Of a stretch of 64,000 nucleotides of DNA, positions 1-11,504 are shown piece by piece. The stretch is from the NCBI RefSeq assembly GCF_006345805.1, contig NC_042998.1:50344001-50408000 (forward strand), written 5' to 3'. Under the pieces are notes generated by a model. It saw only the letters and a program-made list of their open reading frames with translations, ran no database searches and was not told the origin of the DNA. The stretch is from Octopus sinensis (taxonomy: Eukaryota). The position numbers and the translations under genes are program-made. Positions within the stretch are counted from its first letter, which is position 1. The number at the start of each line of letters is the position of its first letter.

Positions 1-24
1 CCCTCCCTTCTGGACAACGTGAGG

Positions 25-440
25 AGGGGTTCCTTCAAAGCAGTCGTTGAATTAGTACTTTTCTATGGCTTTTAGGCGCGGACGCTCACAAGAGACTTGA
101 AAAAAAAAAATTGATGGTACATAACATGAGAATGCTTCTACAGTTCTCACCCTTTCTTGGCAACAACATCCTAAAACATCCTAAAAAGCAGCGAGTGTAT
201 GGAAGTTTTCCTGTCATTACCCCAGTAATCAGAGGAAGAATAACATTGTGCAAGACACTGCTAAAGCAGCAAGGATGAAGTACCCTGCGATATCCATTGG
301 AAACACACGCATGGACATACAGGTATCGGCAGATCAACAAGAGCGTCTATCAGTCAACATGTGGAAGACACTGAATATCAAGTTTAGGATATGACGATAG
401 CTATGGAAGTTTGGAGCATCTGGCGTAGAAGAATTGCATT
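25..440 (+). mobile_element. Degraded 3' end of an RTE/RTEX-type LINE ORF
   Basis: With stops and frameshifts it translates as FKAVVELVLFYGF*ARTLT...KIDGT*...HPKKQRVYG. This resembles the post-RT motif F.A.VESVLLYG.E.WTLT....LDG.Y.RML of RTE-group LINEs. Confidence 0.65.
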
Positions 441-676
441 GCTCTGGGCAAGTAGCCCAACCGGATAGAACAGATACCGTCAAACGAAAGTCAAGGACAT
501 AAAAAGTTACATACTTCACGTATCAAATCCGTCCACGGACTCTCTGATACACAAATTGTAGTTAACGATATCCATCACCAGTTTCCTTGGATTTAAGATT
601 CTGACTTATAGCATAAATTCTAACTTATAGCATATCATAATTAACCTTTCCGACCTGCCTTCTGTATACTCGATGT

Positions 677-1063
677 GTGGAGGCGCAATGGCCCAGTGGT
701 TAGGGCAGCGGACTGGCGGTCATAGGATCGCGGTTTCGATTCCCAGACCGGGCGTTGTGAGTGTTTATTGAGCGAAAACACCTAAAGCTCCACGAGGCTC
801 CGGCAGGGGATGGTGGTGATCCCTGCTGTACTCTTTCACCACAACTTTCTCTCACTCTTACTTCTTGTTTCTGTTGTACCTGTATTTCGAAGGGCCGGCC
901 TTGTCACCTCTCTGGTCACGCTGAATATCCCGAGAACTACGTTAAGGGTACACGTGTCTGTGGAGTGCTCAGCCACTTACTCGTTAATTTCACGAGCAGG
1001 CTGTTCCGTTGATTCGGATCAACCGGAACCCTCGTCGTCGTAACCGACGGAGTGCTTCCATCC
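677..1063 (+). mobile_element. tRNA-derived SINE, head B + tail type 1, full length
   Basis: A-box TGGCCCAGTGG and B-box-like GGTTTCGATTCCC. 11-bp TSD ATACTCGATGT at 666-676 and 1064-1074. Head recurs at 9644 and 59822; tail recurs at 4186-4306 and 23120-23290. Confidence 0.9.
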
Positions 1064-1599
1064 ATACTCGATGTAGAAGATTTCCTCCTATGCTTGACGA
1101 AACGGAACTCCTCTATGATGTTCCAACGATTATCTTATGGTGCTGTCGAGTTTAGAGTCCAGATTTCACTGGTTCTTAGATACGTTCAGCTTGGGTCTTG
1201 TAACCTAATTACCTTCTTCGCTACTAATCAGTTCAGTTCTTGCGCGTGACCAAATTGGTTCTTGTGTGTAACCAGTTCGGTTCTTGACTATAAGCAGTTC
1301 GATACTTCACTGAAACTAGTTCACTTCCATGTCACCCCTTCGAATCTCGGTTGCGTGTGTTCCCCTGCAAGCCTTTGGAAATAAATAAACGATATAAATT
1401 GTTCGCTACCAATGAAGAACTAAAAGAACTCCTTTCGTGTATAAGTATGTACTTATGTATTACATATTCGAGTGTTATAACAGCATATAGTTCCTGAAAA
1501 TGCCATACATTTGTAACCAGCTTATAGTACATGGTTTTGTCACGCCCTCTATTCATACGTGAAGCACAGCGGAACCTATGCGCATACATATGTTTGTAT

Positions 1600-1715
1600 A
1601 TGTACGTGTGTATGTGTCAGTGTGCATATATATGTATGTATGTATGTTTGTTAATGTGTGTGTGTATATACACATGTTATATACATAATGTATATATATA
1701 TATATATATAACATA

Positions 1716-1808
<93 letters not shown>

Positions 1809-2040
1809 GCATACGTATACGCATGCATACATCACAAACACACACACATAGTTATACGTAGATACACACACAAATACACACGCATATATATATGTATATA
1901 TATATCCATATATATATATATATGTATATATATGCATATATATCCATATATATGTATATATATATAAAATATATATATATATACATACACGTGTGTATGT
2001 GTGTGTGTCTGCTCATGTCTATTGCCCGTGTATATGCGTG
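1600..2040. repeat. Compound (TA)n/(CA)n/(TATG)n microsatellite
   Basis: Visible directly; explains the overlapping YI/HT-rich ORFs. Confidence 0.95.
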
Positions 2041-2597
2041 AGCGTGATCATCCGTATGTAACTGCCAGCATAGAGGTACTACATTAATATATCAATATCA
2101 CAGGCAGCGGTGGGAGGATAGGGATGTTGATAATAGTAATTGCGATTAAGCGAGAATCGATCGTCCGCGTGTCTTGTTCTTAATTGGCAATACATCACAC
2201 GAAGTTGTCTTCTGACTCCTGTTACTTCAGCTACCGCCGCAGCCGCCATTGCTACCGCCACCGCCACCACGTGAAAACTCTCTTCTGTCACACAATTTCA
2301 TGCTCTCTTTCCAATCATTCTCTCTGTACGTCTATCTTATATATTGTTTCCCCCTCCTTTTTTTTCTTCATTTTTTTTTTGTTTTGTTCCTGTTCCGTTT
2401 CTTGCAATTCTCACCATCGCAACAACCTCCACACGTTCGTTGCCTCTAGTCAATTCTATGTTAACATGTGAAGTGAGAGTTTTCCTACGATTCCATTTCT
2501 TCGTGTAGCGCGTGTACATGCATATATGACTACCTGCGTTGGTGCTATCTGTATGAGTGTGTGTGTGTGTGTCTGCATGAGTATGTGTATGTGTACT

Positions 2598-2628
<31 letters not shown>

Positions 2629-2877
2629 TGTGTGTGTGTGTGTGTGCCTCTGCATGCCTATTCATTTACTTCTTTGCAGTGAAATTCACTGACTGTACAT
2701 CTTATTTGCTGCTATCTGTGCAGAAAACAACTGGTGTACAGCAGACATCTGAGAGTATGCTCCCACCTATGCGCTCCTGCGTTACATACAAGAACACATT
2801 GATTCGAATATCATGTCTATGCGTATACCCTCCCAGACACACACGCACGCTCACACTACAAACTTAAAGATAGAGAC

Positions 2878-2887
2878 AGACAGACAA

Positions 2888-2962
<75 letters not shown>
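2878..2962. repeat. (GATA)n microsatellite
   Basis: About 20 tandem GATA units. Confidence 0.95.
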
Positions 2963-2992
2963 CATACACACATACATACATACGTACATACA

Positions 2993-3201
2993 TACTCTTT
3001 TACTTGTTTCAGTCATTTGACTGTGGCCATGCCTTTAGTCGAGCAAATCGACCCCATGACTTATTCTTTGTTTGTAAGCCTAGTACTTATTCTATCGGTC
3101 TCTTTTGCCGAACCGCTAAGTTACGGGGACGTAAACACACCAGCATCGGTTGTCAAGCGATGTTGGGGGGACGAACACAGGCACACAAACATATACACAC
3201 G

Positions 3202-3234
<33 letters not shown>

Positions 3235-3394
3235 ATATATTTATACGACGGGCTTCTTTCAGTTTCCGTCTACCAAATCTACCCACAAGGTTTTGATTGT
3301 CCCGAGGCTATAGTAGAAGACGCTTACCCAAGGTGCCACGCAGTGGGACTAAACCCGGAACCATGTGGTTGGTAAGCAAGCTACTTACCACACA
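2993..3394 (-). mobile_element. SINE family C with internal CA/TA tract; head slightly truncated
   Basis: Reverse complement of the copy at 36548-36964 (ggttccgggttcagtccc B-box; gactgaaacaagtaaaagag tail). Confidence 0.9.
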
Positions 3395-3424
3395 CCGTTA
3401 AGCATTTCGCCGAGCACGCTAACT

Positions 3425-3425
3425 T

Positions 3426-3506
<81 letters not shown>

Positions 3507-3522
3507 TAGATAGACAGATAGA
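3425..3522. repeat. (GATA)n(GACA)n microsatellite
   Basis: Visible directly. Confidence 0.95.
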
Positions 3523-3554
3523 TTGATATAAACTATAGCGCTAGTGAGTGAGGG

Positions 3555-4306
3555 TACGGGGCTTTGTAGTTAGTAGTTAGTGTATTCGGTTCACGATCGT
3601 GAGGTCGTGAGTTCACTTCCCGGCGATGCGTTGTGTCCTTGAGTAAGACACTTTATTTCACGTTGCTCCTGTTCACTCAGCTGGCAAAACGGAATAGTAC
3701 CTATATTTCAAAAGGCCGGCCTTGTCATATTCTGTATTACACTGAATCTCCCAGAGAAATACCTATTTCTTTACTACCCACAAGGGGCTAAACACAGAGA
3801 GGACAAACAAGGACAGACAAACGGATTAAGTCGATTATATCGACCCCAGTGCGTAACTGGTACTTATTTAATCGACCCTGAAAGGATGAAAGGCAAAGTC
3901 GACCTCGGCGGAATTTGAACTCAGAACGTAACGGCAGACGGAATACCTATTTCTTTATTACCCACAAGGGGCTAAACACAGAGAGGACAAACAAGGACAG
4001 ACAAACGGATTAAGTCGATTACATCGACTCCAGTGCGTAACTGGTACTTATTTAATCGACCCCGAGAGGATGAAAGGCAAAGTCGACCTCGGCGGAATTT
4101 GAACTCAGAACGTAGCGGCAGACGGAATACTGCTAAACATTTCGCCCAGCGTGCTAACGTTTCTGCCAGCTCGCCGCCTTGCAGAAATACCTTAAGGTTA
4201 CGCATGTCCGTAGTGTGCTCAGCCACATGCACGTTAACTTCACTAGCAGGCTGTTCTCTTGATCGGATCAACTGGAACCCTCGTCGTCGTTACCGACGGA
4301 GTGCCA
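3555..4306 (+). mobile_element. SINE F (E-type head + tail type 1), interrupted by a family-A dimer
   Basis: 3555-3764 and 4183-4306 join into a copy collinear with 22974-23290. Confidence 0.8.
3765..4182 (-). mobile_element. Young family-A SINE, tandem dimer (second unit lacks the first ~50 nt)
   Basis: Two near-identical units joined at gtaaagaaatag|gtattccgtctgcc (3946/3947). 10-bp TSD AGAAATACCT at 3755-3764 and 4183-4192. Confidence 0.9.
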
Positions 4307-4544
4307 TTGTACTTGTGATACACAGACATGGTACAAGAACTTTTGAGACTTTTGAACAGACAGTTAAAACTGTATTAGATTATTGTAATCATAGTATATC
4401 ATTACTATGCCTCTGATAAGCTAACCTGCTAATTTTTGCTATTCCAGATCGAAAGCGGTCACTGTAACAGCACTTTGTACACACACTATGAAATACTGCT
4501 TGTTACAGATAAACAGTTTGCTGAATACTGTCGGGATGTGAAGA

Positions 4545-4905
4545 CAATTCGGAATCTCGCTATACGATAAAACTTTGTGCTAAACTAGGCAAAAACACTA
4601 CAGAAATTAATGAAATGCTCCAAACTGCTTATGGATTAACTTGTGTAAACCGAGCATCTCTTTTTAGCTGGAACAAGAGGCCACGCAAACGAAGACCAAC
4701 GGGAAACACGTGATGATCCCTTTTTTCGACCTCAAGAGTATCATCTATATCTATTGGGGTCCCTTTGGCCAAACGGTCGACAAAGAGAACTTTCTGCTGG
4801 TTTTGAGGGAGTTCAGGAATCGATTTTGTCACAAAAGGCCAGAGCACTTGCACCAGGACAATGCACCAGTCCCCAATTGTACCCTAGTAACCGACTACTA
4901 GACTT
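4545..4905 (+). pseudogene. Internally deleted mariner transposase remnant
   Basis: HTH-like RYTIKLCAKLGKNTTEINEMLQTAYG...LFSWNKR joined to catalytic-region MIPFFDLKSII...GQTVDKENFLLVLREFR...HQDNAP. Confidence 0.8.
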
Positions 4906-5679
4906 TATATATATAAAATTCTTATACTGAGCATATATTCCCAACAGAAAAATACTTGCGAACGTATCATTAACTCTATTATCATCTACGATGAAATCGT
5001 TAAAATGATAGTAACAGAATCAATAATACAGGCGATTGCAGCCCGCCAACAAAAGCTTTAAATAGCTAAAGCATTAGAATTTATATTAATCAAAGGACTT
5101 ACTCAGCATGTACTTTAATTAAGATATATATATATATATATATATATATGGTGGTTGTGGAAATAACACAGAAGTAAATCCAAGACATTTCAATTAGGCT
5201 GACGTCTTCTTTAAATATAGTTTAGCATAGACTTCAAAGTGTTAGAGAGTAAGAGAGGGGGTGTAGTTGTTTATTGTCTAAAAGAGACCTTTGTGGGTAT
5301 TTATTAAATGGGTTATATATAAAATTAAAATATACAGCCGTTTGCAATGATTTACGAAACAAGAAAACTATAATTGTCACTAAATGCGACAAAGGTGTTA
5401 TAAACACCTACATTGCTAGAAACAAGAGCTAAAACGCCCTAATACTGTAGTCAAAGCACATGATTATGTACACATATACAGGCAGGGGCTATAATAGTCT
5501 GAGAATTCCTTATACTGAATTCGGTTTCGGCAATTTCTGTTGCGCCATCTGTAAGGAATGGCTCTACTTCGGTAGATTTCGGACTTACTTCTCTGTCTGT
5601 ATATATGTTTTCATCACAGAAGTCTATGTATAATTCAGTGAATCGCTAATGTGCATACATACAATTAAATAGACACCAG

Positions 5680-5724
<45 letters not shown>

Positions 5725-5784
5725 CACACACCCTATATATATACATATTTACATTCATAGACAGCAATTATATATATATATATA

Positions 5785-6230
5785 ACGGGAAGCTTTATGA
5801 AAATAGACAAAAGACGAAGGCAGGTGGGAAACAAACAAACAATTGTATTAGTATGGCGCTCAGGAAATATAAATAACACAAGTCTTTAACGTTTCGAGCC
5901 TACGCTCTTCAACAGAAAGATACACAGAGAGAAAAAAAACACAGAAAGAAGGAGAGAAAAAAAAATGCGTGCAGTAACTAACGAATCAACATGGCGATCT
6001 GATTTCGGCCAGAGGTCAAAGATCAAACATGAGACGCGAGAGCGAAATAAGGGGAGATAATAGGGTTGATAATAGGGTTGAATGACCAGCTCCGACATGA
6101 GGGTGTGTGTGTGTGTATGAGAGAGTATTAGTGCGTATGAGAGGTCTGGACGTGTGTATGTATAGGGTTGGTGTATGTATTAGTATGTATTAGTATGTAT
6201 AAGGGTGTGTGTGTGTGTGTGTGTATGAGA
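5785..6230 (-). mobile_element. Penelope-type terminal repeat fragment with hammerhead-like motif (5883-5920)
   Basis: Shares aaaagacgaag.caggtg...acgtttcgagcctacgctcttc with 19915-20075 and 27075-27400. The minus strand folds as a minimal type I hammerhead. Confidence 0.6.
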
Positions 6231-6481
6231 GAGTATATATATATATGTAAATTAGAAAAAAAACACCTTTTATCAATTCAATAATGAAAGATTAAATTAT
6301 AACATTTAGAAGAATTACATATTATAGAAAGATAAATATAATATAAAACATATAACAATGATTAAGTAATGTGCATTATTGAATTGATAAAAGGGATTTT
6401 TTTCTAATTCATATATATATATATATATTATATTTTGTGAAAGTCTTCCCTGTAAGTTTGGAATAATATTCCCTCATATCA

Positions 6482-6527
<46 letters not shown>

Positions 6528-6705
6528 TTCATACATACACATATATATATACATTCATACACACACACACACACACATACATACACACTCGCATATGTAC
6601 ATACATACACACATACACAAACATACATGCATACACATCAATAACAGTTTGACTCAGTTCCATGATTTTTGTCATGTGGAACAGAATCAAACTGATTTTA
6701 TAAAA

Positions 6706-7225
6706 TATACTAAACTAGGAGTATCGCCCGGCGTTGCTCGGGTTTGCAAGGGAAATAACTATATAAGCATTATTAGAGAGTTACTTCCCTTATAGATGCC
6801 AATTCGGGCTTTCTTAGCCATTTCTGTTTTGGTGTCTTCAAGCCATGAAGTCGTTGTTCTAAAAGAACGCTGGTCTCCTTGACAACGCTTTGCGACGTTG
6901 ATTTCCTTACACTCCCTTCCCCACAGCTTCACGAGGGGGAAGAAGGGAAGAAGCAAACAGGTGCAGGTGTGACCATGGACGCCAACTCCGCCGCCATCGA
7001 CACACGAAAAATTATGCATTAAAATGGAATAAAAAATGATGTTAAATTATTTTTAAAATCGTAGACTCATCGTAGACGCGCGCTAATACTCAGACGGGCT
7101 CGATATGAATCACGACTATAAGATGCCCGAATTTGGTTAAACTGCACCGCAAAATGTGGGAGTAGTTAGGAATCTAAATCGAAGGGGACAGACACTCACA
7201 CAACTTCACTTTTATATATAAAGAT
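6706..7225 (+). mobile_element. Non-autonomous HINE/Lep1/DINE-1-like (Helitron/Helentron-associated) element
   Basis: 5' actag...gcccggcgttgctcggg hairpin-like start; 3' tttggttaaa...ggagtagttagg...acagacac...ttttatatataaagat end. Family recognised from memory only. Confidence 0.55.
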
Positions 7226-7517
7226 GCGTTGTATGTATTGTCTCTGTCTCTATATATATGTATGAATATATCTTACATGTGGAAGCATTGATCCCAACAC
7301 GTTTTTTCTCTCTCCAACTTTTCTTCTCAACCGTTTCCATCGATGAACAGAACGTCGAAACTTCAAATTATTTTCCATTTTGCCCGACCGTCAAACTAAT
7401 ACACTCACTTGTCTCCTATCACCTGTTTGTATCTTTTGTTTTCTGTACATTTGAACTATATACACACATATATACATATGTATATATATGTATGTTATGA
7501 CCAGCTTAATCAGCTTA

Positions 7518-7596
7518 GTATGTATGTATGTATGTATGTATGTATGTATGTATGTATGTATGTATGTATGTATGTATATATGTGTCTATATGCATG

Positions 7597-7633
<37 letters not shown>

Positions 7634-7662
7634 ATATAATAATATATAATATATTTATTATT
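7518..7662. repeat. (TATG)n + (TA)n microsatellite
   Basis: Visible directly. Confidence 0.95.
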
Positions 7663-7666
7663 TAGA

Positions 7667-8935
7667 CAGGGTGTCCGGAAATTAAGGCAACCGAAGTTTC
7701 GGGCTTTAATAACTATCGATAAATGTGATAAGAAATGAAAATTATACATCATTATGAAAGCTTAGTGTGTCTTCTTTTTGTTTCAGACTAAGTAAATTCA
7801 GATTTATAAATTAGATAATTGCTATAGACCGAAATAGAATTATAGACCTCACCCCCAACACACACAAAGAAGGAGAAAGCAATACTACTATAGCGAAAAG
7901 CTTAAAATTAAACGAACAACAGTTTGGAATATCATCAAGAAATTTCAAGACTGGTTCCACCGCTGATTAAGCTGGACATAACAGAATGAGAAGTGTGCGG
8001 TCACCTCAGCTTAGAAAAAGTACCAGATAAAAGAAACAGCAAAATCCTCGTCGTTCCGTCAGAAAACTGGCTGCCACAACTAAAATAAGCTGAACAGTGA
8101 TGTATCGAGTACTGAAGGAGGTCCCAGGACCTACCCTTACTAGATGATCTGCCGTCATGATTTCACACAAGTTTTTGTAAGGACATGGGACTGGAAAGTA
8201 GTCGTCTTATCCTGTGTCGGATTGCTAAAGACACGATGCCCAACATAGTGTTCACTGATGAATAGAAATTTGACATCGAACAGACAGTATACCGCCAGAA
8301 TGACCGATGTTGGTGTGTATCTGGCTCCGACGAGGGTAGACCCGTAAATCGACTTCAAAATCCACGGTCAGTTATGGTCTGGGTGACTGTGGCAGCCACT
8401 GGAAGGTATCCCCTCGTTTTTGTGCCCTGAAGTAACACCCGACGATACACTAGCGACATTCTGGAAGCTGAACTGCTTCCATGGGCGAATGAACACTTTT
8501 AAGGTGCCTACAATAGTATTCAGCACTATCGCACAGCTCCAAACAGACACAACACTGCATTCAGAGAAAACATTCTGTCGTTCACAAGCAAGGATGTATG
8601 GCCTTCAAGAAGTCCCGATCTCAACCTGTTAGATTTTTTGTTTGGCCCATTTTGGAGCCGAGAGTTTCGAGCACTCCTCGTGCTTCGCACGACGCTCCGA
8701 AGGCAAAACTGCGCAAGGAATAGGCTTCGATTCCGCAAGAACAACTGCGTGCGACGTGTGAAGCATTCGCACCTAGACTTAAGGCTGTGATTGGAAACAA
8801 AGGTGGTCATATTGAATAAATGTGGTAGTGTCATAATTGTGTTTCCTTTACCATTGCATTGCAAAACTCGGACCCGAAATATTTTACTCTGGTAAAATTG
8901 AAAAAAGTTGGTTGCCTTAATTTTGAGAAACCCTG
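7667..8935 (+). mobile_element. Decayed IS630-Tc1-mariner element, maT/DD37D-like
   Basis: Imperfect ~26-bp TIRs CAGGGTgTCcggAAATTAAGGCAACC / GGTTGCCTTAATTTtgaGAaACCCTG. Remnants DE*KFDIEQ...QNDR, VMVW...GRYPLVF, WPSRSPDLNLLDF and RLKAVIGNKGGHIE*. Confidence 0.8.
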
Positions 8936-9643
8936 TTTTATATTATGTACATTATTGTTTGTATATGTTAGTATATGTGTGCGTGTGCGCGTGTGTGTGT
9001 GTGTGTGCCTGCATGTGTATGTGTGTGTGATTTTTTTCCTACCTATACTGGTAATTCCCAGTCCTAGCATTCAGTCTTTCCCTCTTTATTTAGAAAGTCC
9101 AAATCTCTACAACGCTTCGAGCTACGAGGGTGGTGGGAAAGTGCTAGCAGATGTTGTGCAGTGTTTTGTTCGTGGTGGTTTCGATCCATCAGAATCGTAG
9201 ATGTTGTATTTGTTTCTATGTTCATTATTTCTTCCACCCTTCCCTCCACTTTTTTCTGTTTTTCTTTCTTCCGTTTCCTCCTTTTTTTTTTTTGCTCTTT
9301 CGATTTTTATGGGAATAGCACGTGATTCAAATTCAATCACAGCTCATTTATTAAAGTATACACACTTGTACTATATATTTTATCTGTTTAGAAATTATTG
9401 ACATGAAACTCTAGATCTCTCAGGGAGAGCAGTTTCGAGTCTACAGTATAACCCTTTATCGGGGAAAAGGAGCAACAAACTTAAGGGCTGCCTCGGGATA
9501 GTACATTCTCTAACTACGCCACTGGGTCTACATGACTAAGTCTTTTCCAGAAGCTTAAAACCTCAAGTCAATTTGATTTGGAACTTTTCTATTAATTTAA
9601 CGCAAATTGCAACAGCAAACTTCTCTTGGGACAACAGCAAAAT

Positions 9644-10129
9644 GGAGGCGCAATGGCCCAGTGGTTAGGTCAGCGGACTCGCGGTCGTAAGAACGCGGTT
9701 TCGATTCCCAGACCGGGCATTGTGAGTATTTATTGAGCAAAAACACCTAAGCATCACGAGGCTCCGGCGGGGGGGGGGGTGAACCCCGCTGTACTCTTTC
9801 GCCACAACTTTCTCTGACTCTTTCTTCCTACTTCTGCCACAAAGCAGAGGAACCATGGTGTAACCCACTATGGTGTGGTAAACTTTCAGACCCAAGTCTA
9901 GATTGCGAATCCTCTGTACCCCAGGATGGTTCAGCTCTCCACCTGTTAAAAGCCACCGTTTTCGGAATGAGGATTACAACGTAACTTTCGCACCCGTGCA
10001 ACCGCCAGTCTATCGCGTGTGGTGGATGGATCTCCAAGTTGCCACACGCATTCTTAGTAGCTTAGAGTAGGCTCGAATTAGAGATTATTCTTTGTGGCTA
10101 ATGGCGTGAGTCCTGATTGGAAGAAGAAG
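9644..10129 (+). mobile_element. SINE head B + tail type 2 ending in (GAA)n; runs into assembly gap
   Basis: Collinear with 59822-60104 except for 220 extra bp at 9894-10113. Confidence 0.8.
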
Positions 10130-10229
10130 NNNNNNNNNNNNNNNNNNNNNNNNNNNNNNNNNNNNNNNNNNNNNNNNNNNNNNNNNNNNNNNNNNNNNNN
10201 NNNNNNNNNNNNNNNNNNNNNNNNNNNNN
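10130..10229. other. Assembly gap (100 N)
   Basis: N run between a (GAA)n tail and a (TA)n tract. Confidence 1.
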
Positions 10230-10248
10230 ATATATATATATATATATA

Positions 10249-11290
10249 TATTGGGGTTCGACAAAATAATGGAAACACCTTAAAATTTCAAGCAATTTTA
10301 CTATGGTGTAAGATCGTCTTTGGTAGAAATTACAGTTTGAATTCTACGGGATATGGACTCGTAAAAGTTTGAATTGTTTCCAAAAGAAATTTTGTCCAAT
10401 AAATGTTCAATAATATTGAGATCTGGGGACTCTGATGGCCAGATAAGTTGTCCAACTTCACTAGAATGTTCCTCGTGCCATTATGTAGCAACTTTAGCTG
10501 TGTGAATCGGTGCATTATCATTCTGAAAGATAGAGTTTCTCCCTGGAAACAGTTCCGTAACCATAGGATGAATTTAATCAAATAAAATGCTTAAACAGCC
10601 TTGACTATTAATTCTGCCGTGAAAGGAAACCATTGGGCCGGAGGAATTCCAAGATATAGCCCAACCCCCAGATCATCACAGATCCGGCTCCATGTTTAAG
10701 AGCTGGAAGAAGGCAGTCTAGGTCAAATGCTTCTTTTGGCTGCCTCCACACGTTTACACGGTCGGTGGTAAAGGATGACTTGTCCGAGAAAATAACATTC
10801 TTCCACAGCTCTAGGGACCAATTCTGTAGGTTTTACTCCATTCTAAACGCTTTACAATGTTTGTTTTTGAAAGTAGTGGTTTTCTGATTGCAGCCCTCCC
10901 GTGAAATCCGAATTTGTGCTACTCGCGAAGAAATGTTTTGTGACAAATGGATTCCCGAGATGGTCATTAAGCTCTGCAGTAACTTTGGGAGCTGTACTTT
11001 TGTGGTCCTTTCTAAGAATTCGCGTAAGAATCCAACGGTGTCTGTCTGAAAGTTTTTGGGTTTTTTCCGGGTATTGTTTCGACGAGGAGTTTTTCCCTCT
11101 TTCTGAAAGTCTGTCATTACTTTCGAGACGTACTTTTTGATACATCAAATATTTCGACTGTTTTCGTTATGCCAGCGTCTGCTATACGTGCACCAACAAT
11201 TTAACCTCTTTGAAAGTCCGATAGATCTGTCATTTTAATGAATTTTAATTACCTTTTTCTTATGATATCTGAACAGTAACAGCAATTTTA
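10249..11290 (-). mobile_element. Decayed Tc1 (DD34E-type) transposon; transposase ~11233 to ~10305
   Basis: MTDLSDFQRG*IVGARI, KLSDRHRWILTRILRKDHKSTAPKVTAELNDHL, FQDDNAPIHTA and WPSESPDLNIIEHL. One TIR-like end (ggggttcgacaaaataatggaaacacc) at ~10251; the other is not found. Confidence 0.85.
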
Positions 11291-11299
11291 CCAATACAT

Positions 11300-11354
11300 A
11301 TATATACTGTGTATATATATATATGTTACACACACACACACACACCATATTATA

Positions 11355-11415
<61 letters not shown>

Positions 11416-11467
11416 GTGTGTGTGTGTGTGTTGTGTGTGTGTTGTGTGTGTGTGTGGTGTGCGTGTG

Positions 11468-11500
<33 letters not shown>
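11300..11500. repeat. (TA)n/(TG)n microsatellite
   Basis: Visible directly. Confidence 0.95.

Positions 11501-11504
<4 letters not shown>

Noticed and set aside
679-760. tRNA gene calls for SINE heads (also 9644, 13440, 54237, 59822)
   Set aside because: A/B boxes are present but there is no complete acceptor stem; heads continue into repeat bodies with TSDs.
557-1482. Possible solo LTR (TG...CA, AATAAA near 1381)
   Set aside because: Flanks (caaat vs gcata) give no TSD, and there is no convincing PBS, PPT or second LTR.
4033-4416. Recurring MRNWYLFNRPRKDERQSRPRRNLNSER ORFs (also 17816, 39090, 53192, 61632)
   Set aside because: Antisense translations of the family-A SINE, starting at non-ATG codons.
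5150-5220. Degenerate hammerhead-like text (aaagaagacgtcagcctaattgaaatgtc, minus strand)
   Set aside because: Core and stem II are too decayed to support a fold.
9086-9200. Possible exon after a polypyrimidine tract and AG
   Set aside because: No recognisable protein similarity, no good donor, and no supporting neighbouring exons.
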